DNA of 59,217 nucleotides from contig JAZDLN010000021.1 of assembly GCA_043801965.1 (NCBI GenBank), forward strand, positions 1-59,217, written 5' to 3'. The notes below the pieces were generated by a model, which was given only the letters and a program-made list of their open reading frames with translations, ran no database searches and was not told the origin of the DNA. This DNA is from Candidatus Falkowbacteria bacterium (GTDB taxonomy: Bacteria > Patescibacteriota > Patescibacteriia > Patescibacteriales > UBA12075). This document shows positions 36,566-45,010 of this stretch, in pieces (position 1 is the first letter of the stretch; the number at the start of each line of letters is the position of its first letter). The position numbers were made by a program, and so were the translations under genes.

Positions 36566-37324
36566 TTATCTTAAACGGCAATTCTTCGCGTATTTTAATC
36601 CCCGACGCCTCATTTCCTCCATAGACTCATCCGACGGAACATCGGTATTCTCAAGGCCTTTATCGATCAGGGATGTGTCGCTTTTAAACCTCTGTAGCCA
36701 CCACGTTTCCGCGCCTTCGATCATGCTTCCCATTTGGTCTATGTCATCTATCCGCGTAAAGGCGGGAACGACCGTCGTTCTGAATTCATACGGCACTCTA
36801 CCTCCCATTATCATTATAATACTTTTCCTGATTTTATCCAAATCATCTTTATTGCCGGTAAACCGCGAATATTTTTCCGGAGCGCCCTTAATATCCATGG
36901 CTATATAATCGACCAAATTTCCCAAAAACAGTTTTTCGATCATTTCCGGATTGGTGCCGTTGGTATCAAGTTTTATTTTATAGCCCAAGGCTTTAACACG
37001 GGCGGCGAACCCCGTTAAATCAAAATGGAGAGTGGGTTCCCCGCCCGTTATCACTATGGCGTCGAGTTTCCCGGCGCGGGATTTAAGAAAAACAAAAAAG
37101 TCATCCTCGCTTATCTGCCCCTGGGGACGGAATTGAGAATAACTCTTTTGGATTTCTTCCGAAGAAGATTCAATAATATCTTTTGTCCCGCCCAAAGAGG
37201 GCACGACAAGCATTGGGTTGTAACAGAACGGACAGCGGAAATTACAGCCTTGGGTAAAAACGATCGCCGCTACCTGCCCGGGATAATCGAGTAAACTGAA
37301 TTTTTGCAAACCGCCGATGATCAT
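36566..37324 (-). CDS. nrdG: Anaerobic ribonucleoside-triphosphate reductase activating protein (radical SAM)
   Basis: CNFRCPFCYNP (CxxxCxxC) near the N-terminus and a GGEPTL motif. It lies downstream of nrdD. Confidence 0.9.
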   Translation of the reverse strand: MIIGGLQKFSLLDYPGQVAAIVFTQGCNFRCPFCYNPMLVVPSLGGTKDIIESSSEEIQKSYSQFRPQGQISEDDFFVFLKSRAGKLDAIVITGGEPTLHFDLTGFAARVKALGYKIKLDTNGTNPEMIEKLFLGNLVDYIAMDIKGAPEKYSRFTGNKDDLDKIRKSIIMIMGGRVPYEFRTTVVPAFTRIDDIDQMGSMIEGAETWWLQRFKSDTSLIDKGLENTDVPSDESMEEMRRRGLKYAKNCRLR

Positions 37325-37396
37325 AGGAGGGTATTAAGCGATCTATCGTATAGCCATTATTTTATTCCGCTTTGTCCGCTATCGCGAATCGTCCGC

Positions 37397-37534
37397 TTAT
37401 TCGTTTACGTTAAAATTCTTGCGGCATTCGTATTCCGCCTGTTTACCGTCATTCCATTGGCTAACCGGGCGCAGATAACCGGTTACCCGGCTGAATACTT
37501 CACAGGGCTGTCTTTTCGTTTTTATTGGACTCAT
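37397..37534 (-). CDS. 45-aa ORF encoding the NrdD glycyl-radical segment as a separate peptide
   Basis: Not in the ORF track because it is under 60 aa. Sequence: MSPIKTKRQPCEVFSRVTGYLRPVSQWNDGKQAEYECRKNFNVNE. It carries the class III RNR C-terminal signature (SRVTGY..RPV..WN.GK..E), which is absent from the 707-aa nrdD ORF. There is no obvious SD. Confidence 0.55.
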   Translation of the reverse strand: MSPIKTKRQPCEVFSRVTGYLRPVSQWNDGKQAEYECRKNFNVNE

Positions 37535-37637
37535 AGGATTGACGATTGAAAATTGACGATTTTCGATTACGACCGAAAAACGGCAATGTCAATTTATTTT
37601 ATTTTTATATTATATAAAATTTTTAACGGTTGATAAT

Positions 37638-39761
37638 TTAAGCCAAATCCATAATCAGCTTTCGATCCATATCCACGTCAATAACGATCGGCGGCTTTTC
37701 GGCTGCCGGCGGATTTTGAACGGAATCGCCCTTATAACCGTTCTCTTTGTCGCATTTCGGGCAATAATGGTGTTCTCCGACGAGATAACCGTGTTTCGGA
37801 CAAATCGAGAAGGTCGGGGTCAGCGTAAAATACGGCAGCTGGTAATTAGTGGCTATCTTACGGACAAGCTTTTTTACCGCTTCGGCCGAAGGCAGGGCTT
37901 CGCCCAGATAAGCGTGTAAAACCGTACCACCCGTATATTTCGTCTGGATATCATCCTGCAGATCAAGCGCCTCGAAAAGATCATCCGTGTAATTAACCGG
38001 CAATTGCGTGGAATTCGTATAGAAAGGAGAGGCTTTCCGGGTCCTGACTCCGTCTTCATTAGCTACGATGATATCGGCGTGCTTATCCTTATCTATCCTG
38101 GCAAGCCTTCTGGAAGTGCCTTCCGCCGGGGTCGCTTCCAGATTATAAAGGTTGTTGCTGGAATTCTGGTAATCCATGATCCGCTCCCTCATATAATTAA
38201 GTATTTCCAGGGCGAATTCCTTGCCGGAAGCTGACGCGATATTGTTCCGTACCGGAGCGAAATTCAGGAGTGCTTCGTTCATGCCGATTATGCCAATCGT
38301 GGAAAAATGATTTTTCCAGTATTGGTCGAAGCGCTTTTTTATATTCTTAAGATAGTGCCGGGCATAAGGATAAAGTCCGCGGTCGGTCAGGTCTTCCAGT
38401 ACCTGCCGCTTCATCTCGAGGCTTTCTTTGGATATCTGCATCATATTATAAAGCCTCTCGAAAAATTCCTTTTTATCCTTGGATAAATAACCGATGCGGG
38501 GGAGGTTGATCGTTACCACGCCGATCGAGCCGGTTAAGGGATTGGCCCCGAAAAGTCCGCCGCCCCGTTTCCTGAGCTCGCGGTTATCAAGCCTTAAGCG
38601 GCAGCACATGCTCCTGGCGTCATCCGGATCCATGTCGGAATTGATATAGTTCGAAAAATAGGGAATGCCGTATTTAGCCGTCATTTCAAAAACCTTTTCC
38701 GCTACCGGCGAATCCCAATCGAATTTTTTCGTAATATTGTAAGTCGGGATGGGAAACGTGAATACCCGGCCCTTGGCGTCCCCTTCCATCATGACCTCGG
38801 CGAAAGCCGTATTGATCATGTCCATCTCAGCCTGGAAATCCTTGTATTTCTCTTTCTGGATCTCGCCGCCATAAACGACGTTCTCCTCGCCGGTCTGCTT
38901 GGATGGGATCATATCCATGGTAATATTGGTAAAAGGCGTCTGGAATCCCACGCGGGTCGGAACGTTTATGTTAAATAAGAATTCCTGGAGTCCCTGCTTT
39001 ACTTCTTTATAATTAAGCTTGTCATAACCGACGAAAGGAGCTAAAAAGGTGTCAAAACCGGAAAAAGCCTGGGCGCCGGCCACCTCCCCCTGAAGAGTAT
39101 AAAAGAAATTAACCACCTGGCCCAAAGCCGTCCGGAAATGTTTCGGAGGCTTCGATTCAACCTTGCCGGTAACGCCGGCGAATCCGAGTCGAAGCGTCTC
39201 TTTAAGGTCCCAGCCGGCGCAATACGGCGCCAGTAACTGCAGGTCGTGGATATGGATATCGCCATCCTGGTAAGCGCTCCTGATATTAGCGGAATAAACC
39301 TTTGAGAGCCAGTAGTTGGAAGATATTATAGAAGCCAAATGGTTATTAAGCCCCTGTAGGCTGTAGCCCATATTAGAGTTCTCCTTTACCCGCCAATCCG
39401 ACTGCTTCAGGTAATTCTCGATGATATCATTCGAATCGATTCGGGAATCGATCGCGTTCATTTCCCGATTCCGGGCCCGCTGGTCGCGGAACAGGATAAA
39501 AGCTTTAGCCGCTTTGATCTCCCGATTATCGATCAGAACTTCTTCGACCAGATCCTGAACCTCTTCCACGGCCGGGATGGTTCTGGCGTTGAATTTCTCG
39601 TTAAGCCTGAAAACCACTTCCCGACAATATTTATCAGCTGTTTCCTGATTTTGTTTGCCGACGGCCTCCAGACAGCGGTAAATAGCGGTAGTGACCTTAT
39701 CCCGGTTGAAATCCGTGATCTTGCCGTCACGTTTCCTGATTTTTGAAATTTCGTTTTGCAT
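37638..39761 (-). CDS. nrdD: Anaerobic (class III) ribonucleoside-triphosphate reductase, large piece lacking the glycyl-radical motif
   Basis: N-terminal ATP-cone (KIRKRDGKITDFNRDKV), catalytic region ARSMCCRLRLD, and a C-terminal Zn ribbon CPKHG...CPKC. A 37-aa tail with no RVxGY motif follows. Confidence 0.9.
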   Translation of the reverse strand: MQNEISKIRKRDGKITDFNRDKVTTAIYRCLEAVGKQNQETADKYCREVVFRLNEKFNARTIPAVEEVQDLVEEVLIDNREIKAAKAFILFRDQRARNREMNAIDSRIDSNDIIENYLKQSDWRVKENSNMGYSLQGLNNHLASIISSNYWLSKVYSANIRSAYQDGDIHIHDLQLLAPYCAGWDLKETLRLGFAGVTGKVESKPPKHFRTALGQVVNFFYTLQGEVAGAQAFSGFDTFLAPFVGYDKLNYKEVKQGLQEFLFNINVPTRVGFQTPFTNITMDMIPSKQTGEENVVYGGEIQKEKYKDFQAEMDMINTAFAEVMMEGDAKGRVFTFPIPTYNITKKFDWDSPVAEKVFEMTAKYGIPYFSNYINSDMDPDDARSMCCRLRLDNRELRKRGGGLFGANPLTGSIGVVTINLPRIGYLSKDKKEFFERLYNMMQISKESLEMKRQVLEDLTDRGLYPYARHYLKNIKKRFDQYWKNHFSTIGIIGMNEALLNFAPVRNNIASASGKEFALEILNYMRERIMDYQNSSNNLYNLEATPAEGTSRRLARIDKDKHADIIVANEDGVRTRKASPFYTNSTQLPVNYTDDLFEALDLQDDIQTKYTGGTVLHAYLGEALPSAEAVKKLVRKIATNYQLPYFTLTPTFSICPKHGYLVGEHHYCPKCDKENGYKGDSVQNPPAAEKPPIVIDVDMDRKLIMDLA

Positions 39762-39977
39762 GGGGAATAATTTAATTACGAATTACAAATAACGGGTGGT
39801 GTCGAATATCATGGCAAGCAGTGATATAACGCAAGTATTTAGTATTAAGCAAGCTAACGTCAGCGTTCGCTTAATACTATATACTTAATACAATATACTA
39901 AATCGCCAAATGACTTTAAAAAAACGCAAACACCGAATATCAACAAAATATATTAACGCGCTATCAATGGTCCCGCC

Positions 39978-40472
39978 TTAATTTTTACGAACGGGGGGGC
40001 GCTTTTTTTTACCTCCTTTGGTTTTTGGAAGTAGTTTATTCAATTCTTCCCGAAAGGCTTCTACGTCCTGAAACGCCCGGTAGACGCTGGCGAAGCGTAT
40101 ATAAGCGATTTGATCCACCTTTTTAAGATGCTTCAGGATTATTTGGCCAACTTCATTAGTGGTTATTTCGGCCTTACGCAGTACCTGCAGGTCCCTTTCG
40201 ATGGAATTAATCAGCTTTTTGAATTTTTCGTCGGTAACCGGCCGTTTCTCCAATGATCTCATGATGCCACGAACAAGTTTTTCCCGGCTATAGGGTTCTT
40301 TCCGTCCGTCTCTCTTTATTATGGTCAAATCGAGGATGATAAGCTCTTCGTAGGTGGAAAACCTAAAACCGCACTTCAGGCACTCCCGGCGCCGACGGAT
40401 CGATAATCCGTCCGCGGCTACTCGGGAGTCGACCACTTTAGTATCTTCATAATAGCAGGCGGGACATTTCAT
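39978..40472 (-). CDS. nrdR: Transcriptional repressor NrdR
   Basis: MKCPAC...CLKCGFRFSTYE zinc ribbon plus an ATP-cone. 164 aa. Confidence 0.95.
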   Translation of the reverse strand: MKCPACYYEDTKVVDSRVAADGLSIRRRRECLKCGFRFSTYEELIILDLTIIKRDGRKEPYSREKLVRGIMRSLEKRPVTDEKFKKLINSIERDLQVLRKAEITTNEVGQIILKHLKKVDQIAYIRFASVYRAFQDVEAFREELNKLLPKTKGGKKKRPPVRKN

Positions 40473-40477
40473 GGAGC

Positions 40478-40567
40478 AAACACGAATTTAACGAATAACT
40501 ACGAAATGACACGAAAATATTTTTACTTCTTCGTGTAATTTCGTTCCCTTTCGTTCTTAATTCGTGC
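40478..40567. repeat. ACGAA-phased hairpin repeat, copy A
   Basis: The left arm has ACGAA about every 10 nt (4 copies). The right arm has the complementary TTCGT units (4 copies). The arms are about 38 nt long and imperfectly complementary. Confidence 0.7.
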
Positions 40568-40579
40568 CCGCGGTAGCAA

Positions 40580-40639
40580 ACAAAAAAACACCTTTTTTCC
40601 TATAACCTCTTATGTAAAAGGGCTTATGTAGGTGTTTTT
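40580..40639 (-). terminator. Attenuator-like stem plus U-tract in the nrdR leader
   Basis: On the minus strand, AAAAACACC...GGTGTTTTT (9 bp) encloses a direct repeat TACATAAG x2 and is followed by TTGTTTG. Confidence 0.3.
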
Positions 40640-40655
40640 CTTTGTCCTCCTTAAA

Positions 40656-40671
40656 TCACTACATCTTGTGG
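40656..40671. promoter_or_regulatory. NrdR box 1
   Basis: TCACTACATCTTGTGG, a 16-bp imperfect palindrome of the CAC..AT..GTG type, downstream of the -10. Confidence 0.65.
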
Positions 40672-40682
40672 GCCGTAATTAT

Positions 40683-40710
40683 ATTATACCACAAGATATA
40701 GTAATATCAA
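40683..40710 (-). promoter_or_regulatory. Promoter of the nrdR-nrdD-nrdG operon
   Basis: On the minus strand, TTGATA (40710-40705), a 16-nt spacer, then TATAAT (40688-40683). The spacer is exactly NrdR box 2. Confidence 0.65.
40689..40704. promoter_or_regulatory. NrdR box 2
   Basis: CCACAAGATATAGTAA, whose reverse complement resembles box 1. The box centres are 33 bp apart. Confidence 0.65.
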
Positions 40711-40928
40711 GGTTGCTGGAATTAGCTGTTTTTAAGGCTTGGGGATTACGTAATACCAGAATATCATATATAAAAAAATAATCAACCTGTGGATAAGTGC
40801 ATAACTTTCGTCTTGAAGCGGCGAAGACCGTAAAATCTTATGCCTATGAAAATTGTCTTTTTTTTATATTTAAAATATAATAAAAACATCCAGTTTTTTA
40901 AAATTATTGGCCTTAAAAGGGGGTATTC

Positions 40929-41465
40929 ATGCACCGGAACATAAAAAGTATATTATTTCCGGCTAAAATGATCCGGAAACGGATAAAAACCTTAGGCAAG
41001 GAAATTTCCCGGGATTACAAAGGCCGGGAGCCGATATTAATCGGAGTGGCGAACGGCGCCCTGGTCTTTCTCGCCGATCTTATGCGCGCCCTGTCCTGTC
41101 CGGCAAAAATCGATCTTATCCGGGTAGGGTCCTACGGCCAAAAAGCGTCCACGTCAGGCCTGATTTCGGTCGCTAAAGATATTGAAATGGATATTGCCGG
41201 CAAAAACGTGATAGTGGTGGAAGATATTATAGACACGGGTCTGACCATGGACTTCATTGTCCGGCACCTCCAAAAAAATAATCCGGCTTCGATCGGGGTC
41301 TGCGCCCTCCTTGATAAAAGCGCGGCCCGAAAAATAAACATAAAAATAAATTACGCCGGCTTCCCGGTAACCAATGAATTCGTGGTCGGCTATGGCCTTG
41401 ATTACGCGGAAAATTACCGCCATCTGCCGTATATCGGCATTCTTAAGCCGGAAATATATTCTTAA
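40929..41465 (+). CDS. hpt: Hypoxanthine(-guanine) phosphoribosyltransferase
   Basis: 178 aa. PRPP-binding motif VIVVEDIIDTGLT and GYGLDY near the C-terminus. Confidence 0.9.
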   Translation: MHRNIKSILFPAKMIRKRIKTLGKEISRDYKGREPILIGVANGALVFLADLMRALSCPAKIDLIRVGSYGQKASTSGLISVAKDIEMDIAGKNVIVVEDIIDTGLTMDFIVRHLQKNNPASIGVCALLDKSAARKINIKINYAGFPVTNEFVVGYGLDYAENYRHLPYIGILKPEIYS

Positions 41466-41485
41466 ACAAAATAAGCCCCCAGCGA

Positions 41486-41580
41486 TTTCATTTATTTCGT
41501 GTCTTTTGTTTGTTTTGTGTCTGGAGTGTTTTAGAACCAAAACACGAAATTAACGAATATTCACGAAATTTAACGAAAAA
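41486..41580. repeat. ACGAA-phased repeat, copy B
   Basis: The core AAACACGAAATTAACGAATATTCACGAAATTTAACGAAAAA (41540-41580) matches copy C at 38/41 positions. A shorter complementary arm (ATTTCGTGT..) lies upstream. Confidence 0.7.
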
Positions 41581-41601
41581 AAATTCTTAGACAAAAATAA
41601 A

Positions 41602-41634
41602 ATCCCGTCGGAAAATCCAGCGGGAATTTTTTAA
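41602..41634 (+). terminator. Weak terminator after hpt
   Basis: TCCCG-N13-CGGGA followed by TTTTTT. Confidence 0.4.
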
Positions 41635-41660
41635 ATTAAAAAGGAGCGTTAGTCGCTCCC
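41633..41660 (-). terminator. Intrinsic terminator after the LOG gene
   Basis: On the minus strand, GGAGCG-actaa-CGCTCC followed by TTTTTAATTT. Confidence 0.7.
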
Positions 41661-41667
41661 GGGATGA

Positions 41668-42327
41668 TTAATTTCTTTGTTTACAAAGACAGTCGGTGAA
41701 CTCGAAAACCTCTTCCGGGCTATCGAGTATCTGTATATGTTCCATGTCTTCGGCGGCAATCGTCTTGTGCTCAAGCATCACGGCGCGGATCCATTCGATA
41801 AGGCCCCTCCAGAATTTCGCGCCTACGAGAACGACGGGACAGCTTTTGCTGCGCCTGGTCTGGATAAGCGTCACTACTTCGAAAAATTCGTCCAAGGTGC
41901 CGAATCCGCCGGGCATAATAATGAAGGCATCGGAATAGCGCACCAGAAAAACCTTCCGGATGAAAAAATATTTGAAATCCAGCCTGATGTTGGCGTATTG
42001 GTTCGGCATCTGCTCGTGGGGCAGTATGATATTAAGGCCGACCGACTTGCCGCCGCCTTCCGCCGCGCCCCGGTTGGCGGCTTCCATAATGCCGCCGCCT
42101 CCTCCTGATATGACCGCGTAATTGTTCCGGGAGAACAGGTTTGCTATCTTCCGGGCGTTTTTATAGTCCCGGCTTCTGGGGTTTGTTCTGGCTGAGCCGA
42201 AAATCGTGACAGCCGGACCGAGATCGTGCATCTTATTTATCGCGGTCACGGATTCGGCCAGAAACGTCTGCAGTCGCCAGGCATCCTTTATCATGAGCTT
42301 AAAATCTTCGATTCTGCCTTCTTCCAT
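41668..42327 (-). CDS. LOG / TIGR00730-family Rossmann-fold nucleotide phosphoribohydrolase
   Basis: GGGGGIMEA and PGGFGTLDE motifs. 219 aa with GGAGGA upstream. Confidence 0.85.
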   Translation of the reverse strand: MEEGRIEDFKLMIKDAWRLQTFLAESVTAINKMHDLGPAVTIFGSARTNPRSRDYKNARKIANLFSRNNYAVISGGGGGIMEAANRGAAEGGGKSVGLNIILPHEQMPNQYANIRLDFKYFFIRKVFLVRYSDAFIIMPGGFGTLDEFFEVVTLIQTRRSKSCPVVLVGAKFWRGLIEWIRAVMLEHKTIAAEDMEHIQILDSPEEVFEFTDCLCKQRN

Positions 42328-42454
42328 GACTCTATCCTCCGTTGTTTTTATTCCACTTATTATATTATAAAGATCGTTTCATATTTTTAACACAAATCAG
42401 GCCCTGAGTCAAGGTCATCGGTCAAGGCGCCTAAATTGATAATAATTATGTTAT

Positions 42455-42485
42455 AAAAAAAACCCCGAATCTTCTTTTTTCGGGG
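42455..42485 (-). terminator. Intrinsic terminator
   Basis: On the minus strand, CCCCGAA-N9-TTCGGGG followed by U8. Confidence 0.75.
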
Positions 42486-42543
42486 CGTTTTAATTCAGAT
42501 TTTAAAAAGAACGGAGCACAAATGATTTTTCGGAAATTCTTGC

Positions 42544-43350
42544 TTATTTCCTGAGTTTTAGGCGCAAATCACCGATAATTCTTTCCGCGGCCGTAACGAC
42601 CGACTCTTTAACTGAATCCCAATGGTCTAAGTCGGAAAACCCGGTAATTGAGGATATATGATCCATCTTCTGGCGCCACAACGCCACAGCGTCTATGATG
42701 TTTCCCTGCTCATCGGTAGCTGACAAATCTCCCCTGTAAGATATGGCGGGCATAGCGTTAACCAGGATCAAATATTTATGTCTCTTGAATACGGCGTCCA
42801 CGTCCATCTCAAAGGCTGTTTTCCCGCCATTGACCGTAAGTATGATATCGGAAGCGGAAATAATGGCATCGCGGCAGGCTTCCTTGTTTAACGCGACATA
42901 AACGGGAATATCGTCGTCTTCCGCGTCGAGCATATAAACCGGGCAACTAAAGCCGAGTTGCGTAATTTTAAGTTTGCGGCCGATGCTTATGGCGGCTTTG
43001 TTAACCGCCTTATTGGAAGCGCCGTGCGCCAAACGCACGTCTATACCGGGAAATTTTTTAAATAAAACCCCGATTGCTTCCGCAAGGATCGACGCGCAAA
43101 TCTTCTCGTACTCTTCGGGACTAAACCCATAAGACGCGCAAAATTCCGATGACAGGGAATTGTATCCGTTCATAGCCAGTACTATTCCTCCCCGTGTCTT
43201 TAGAGATTTTTCCGTCGCCTCTTTATACGCGTTAATCCCGAAAAAAATCGGCTTTTTCCGGAAACTTTTTTCTCTGTCCTTATACCGGACAACCGTCCTT
43301 TCTTCCTCGTAATAGGTAAATATTCTTCCGTTGGCCTCAATATCTAACAT
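42544..43350 (-). CDS. Hypothetical protein, possibly a divergent LOG/DprA-superfamily (SLOG-like) Rossmann domain
   Basis: 268 aa with GAAGGAG upstream. The pattern HGAS..VN.AA...G...(acidic)...SDIILTVNGGKTAFEM resembles the LOG/DprA layout. The functional call has low confidence. Confidence 0.5.
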   Translation of the reverse strand: MLDIEANGRIFTYYEEERTVVRYKDREKSFRKKPIFFGINAYKEATEKSLKTRGGIVLAMNGYNSLSSEFCASYGFSPEEYEKICASILAEAIGVLFKKFPGIDVRLAHGASNKAVNKAAISIGRKLKITQLGFSCPVYMLDAEDDDIPVYVALNKEACRDAIISASDIILTVNGGKTAFEMDVDAVFKRHKYLILVNAMPAISYRGDLSATDEQGNIIDAVALWRQKMDHISSITGFSDLDHWDSVKESVVTAAERIIGDLRLKLRK

Positions 43351-43521
43351 AATCTGGTTTCTCCTTCTTTGTATGGATTTTATTCAAGATTAACACGTCT
43401 TTGTTAAACCCGTCTTATTTCGTTCTAAAGCTTTAATTAAATAAAAAGGGATATTTTTAAGCCAATTTTTCTCTATAGATTATTATAATTGACCTTCTCG
43501 CGCGGAATAACAAGAGATAAA

Positions 43522-43551
43522 CAAAAAATAAGGCTTTGCGCCCTATTTTTT
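43522..43551 (-). terminator. Intrinsic terminator after ftsZ
   Basis: On the minus strand, TAGGGC-gcaaa-GCCTTA followed by TTTTTTGTTT. Confidence 0.6.
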
Positions 43552-43577
43552 ATGTAAAGATAATTAAAAATTATGAT

Positions 43578-44774
43578 TTACCCCATCTTCTTCCGAATAA
43601 ACGCGGGGATGCCGAGTTCTTCGTCCTCTTCGTCCATGGTATCGACCCGTTTTTTCTTGGCCGGTTCAGCCTGCGCGGCTTTTAAAGGGGAGATCTTATG
43701 AGCTGGCCTTTCGGTCATATCCGCTTCTTTATGCGAAACGGATTCTTTCTCTTTTTCGGCGATATAGGAATTCTTAGTATAGCTCGATTTCGGGCTCACT
43801 ATCTTACCTTCGTTATTGACGCGGCCGTCGAAACCCGTAGCCACGACCGTGATCTTTATCTCATCCTTCATCTTATCGTTTATGACCGCGCCGAAGATTA
43901 TTTTCGCTTCTTCGTCGGCGGCGGCCGTGATTATCTTCGCGGCTTCGTTAACTTCGTTCATGCCCAGGTTGCTCCCGCCGGTGATCGTAAAGAGGACACC
44001 GCGAGCGCCTTCAATAGACATCTCGAGAAGAGGCGAACTTATCGCCGACTTGGCGGCCTCAATAGCCTTATTCTCTCCCGAAGACTGGCCGATGCCCATC
44101 AAGGCCGACCCGGCGTTGGCCATGACCGCTTTAACGTCGGCAAAATCGACGTTTCTAAGGCCCGGAATAGTTATAAGTTCCGCTATGCCCTGGACACCCT
44201 GGTGTAGTATCTCATCCACGACCATGAACGCGTCCAATAAACTGGTTTTTTTATCTATAACCTGAAGCAGTTTATCGTTCGGAATCGTAATTATAGTATC
44301 GACTTTATCGGTAAGTTCGGTTAAACCTCTTTCGGCGATATTCCTTCTCTGCGCTCCCTCAAAAGCGAAGGGTTTCGTCACCACGGCTACGGTCAAAGCT
44401 CCCAGATCGCGCGCGATCTCGGCTACGATCGGCGAAGCGCCCGTACCAGTTCCTCCTCCCAGGCCGCAGGTCACGAATACCATATCGGCGTCCTTAAGCG
44501 CGTCCCGGATCTCGTTCTGGGACTCCTCGGCCGCCTGACGGCCAAGCTCGGGATTCATGCCGGCTCCCAGTCCTCTCGTTATTGATTTGCCGATATGCAG
44601 TTTCTTCGACGATTTATTATAATGCAAAGCCTGCACATCCGTATTGACGGCGATAAATTCGACGCCCTTTAAGCCGGCGGCAACCATGCGGTCAACGGCT
44701 GAGCCGCCCCCTCCGCCGACGCCGACCACTTTTATTTTCGCGAATGTTTCCATGACTGGTTTTATCTCGGCCAT
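43578..44774 (-). CDS. ftsZ: Cell division GTPase FtsZ
   Basis: GGGTGTG tubulin signature, NTD(V)QAL, and a C-terminal DIPAFIRKK-type tail. Confidence 0.97.
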   Translation of the reverse strand: MAEIKPVMETFAKIKVVGVGGGGGSAVDRMVAAGLKGVEFIAVNTDVQALHYNKSSKKLHIGKSITRGLGAGMNPELGRQAAEESQNEIRDALKDADMVFVTCGLGGGTGTGASPIVAEIARDLGALTVAVVTKPFAFEGAQRRNIAERGLTELTDKVDTIITIPNDKLLQVIDKKTSLLDAFMVVDEILHQGVQGIAELITIPGLRNVDFADVKAVMANAGSALMGIGQSSGENKAIEAAKSAISSPLLEMSIEGARGVLFTITGGSNLGMNEVNEAAKIITAAADEEAKIIFGAVINDKMKDEIKITVVATGFDGRVNNEGKIVSPKSSYTKNSYIAEKEKESVSHKEADMTERPAHKISPLKAAQAEPAKKKRVDTMDEEDEELGIPAFIRKKMG

Positions 44775-44960
44775 ATATATTTAGTAATTTAGTTTATAAA
44801 CAGTATTTAAACGCTATTTTCGATAAAACAACGCATTTTACAAGGTTATCGAACCTGTATCCACTATCCCCAATAACTAACTATATTTTATAATATAAAC
44901 GCGAATTTAGCAAGAGTAAGGGGTTTTTTGAATCATTGTGCAAATTTTTTATCCAGTAAC

Positions 44961-44989
44961 CTAAAACGAATACCGGGAGGGTATTCGCT
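44961..44989 (-). terminator. Hairpin plus U-tract between ftsA and ftsZ
   Basis: CGAATACC-N5-GGTATTCG 8-bp stem followed by UUUU on the minus strand. Confidence 0.5.
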
Positions 44990-45010
44990 TATATTAATCT
45001 GAAATCGGTT

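Noticed and set aside
37535-37637. Group I/II intron or intein explaining the nrdD split
   Set aside because: The untranslated gap is only 103 nt, AT-rich and low-complexity. It has no recognisable P3-P9 core, domain V or intein blocks. I cannot support this from sequence, so it is kept only as an alternative to be tested by RNA-seq.
39878-39912. AT-rich palindromes (ACTATATACTT / ACAATATACTA) between nrdR and nrdD as extra NrdR boxes
   Set aside because: They lack the CAC...GTG outer positions, and the two candidates are adjacent (about 15 bp apart) rather than about three helical turns apart. They are indistinguishable from AT-rich background by eye.
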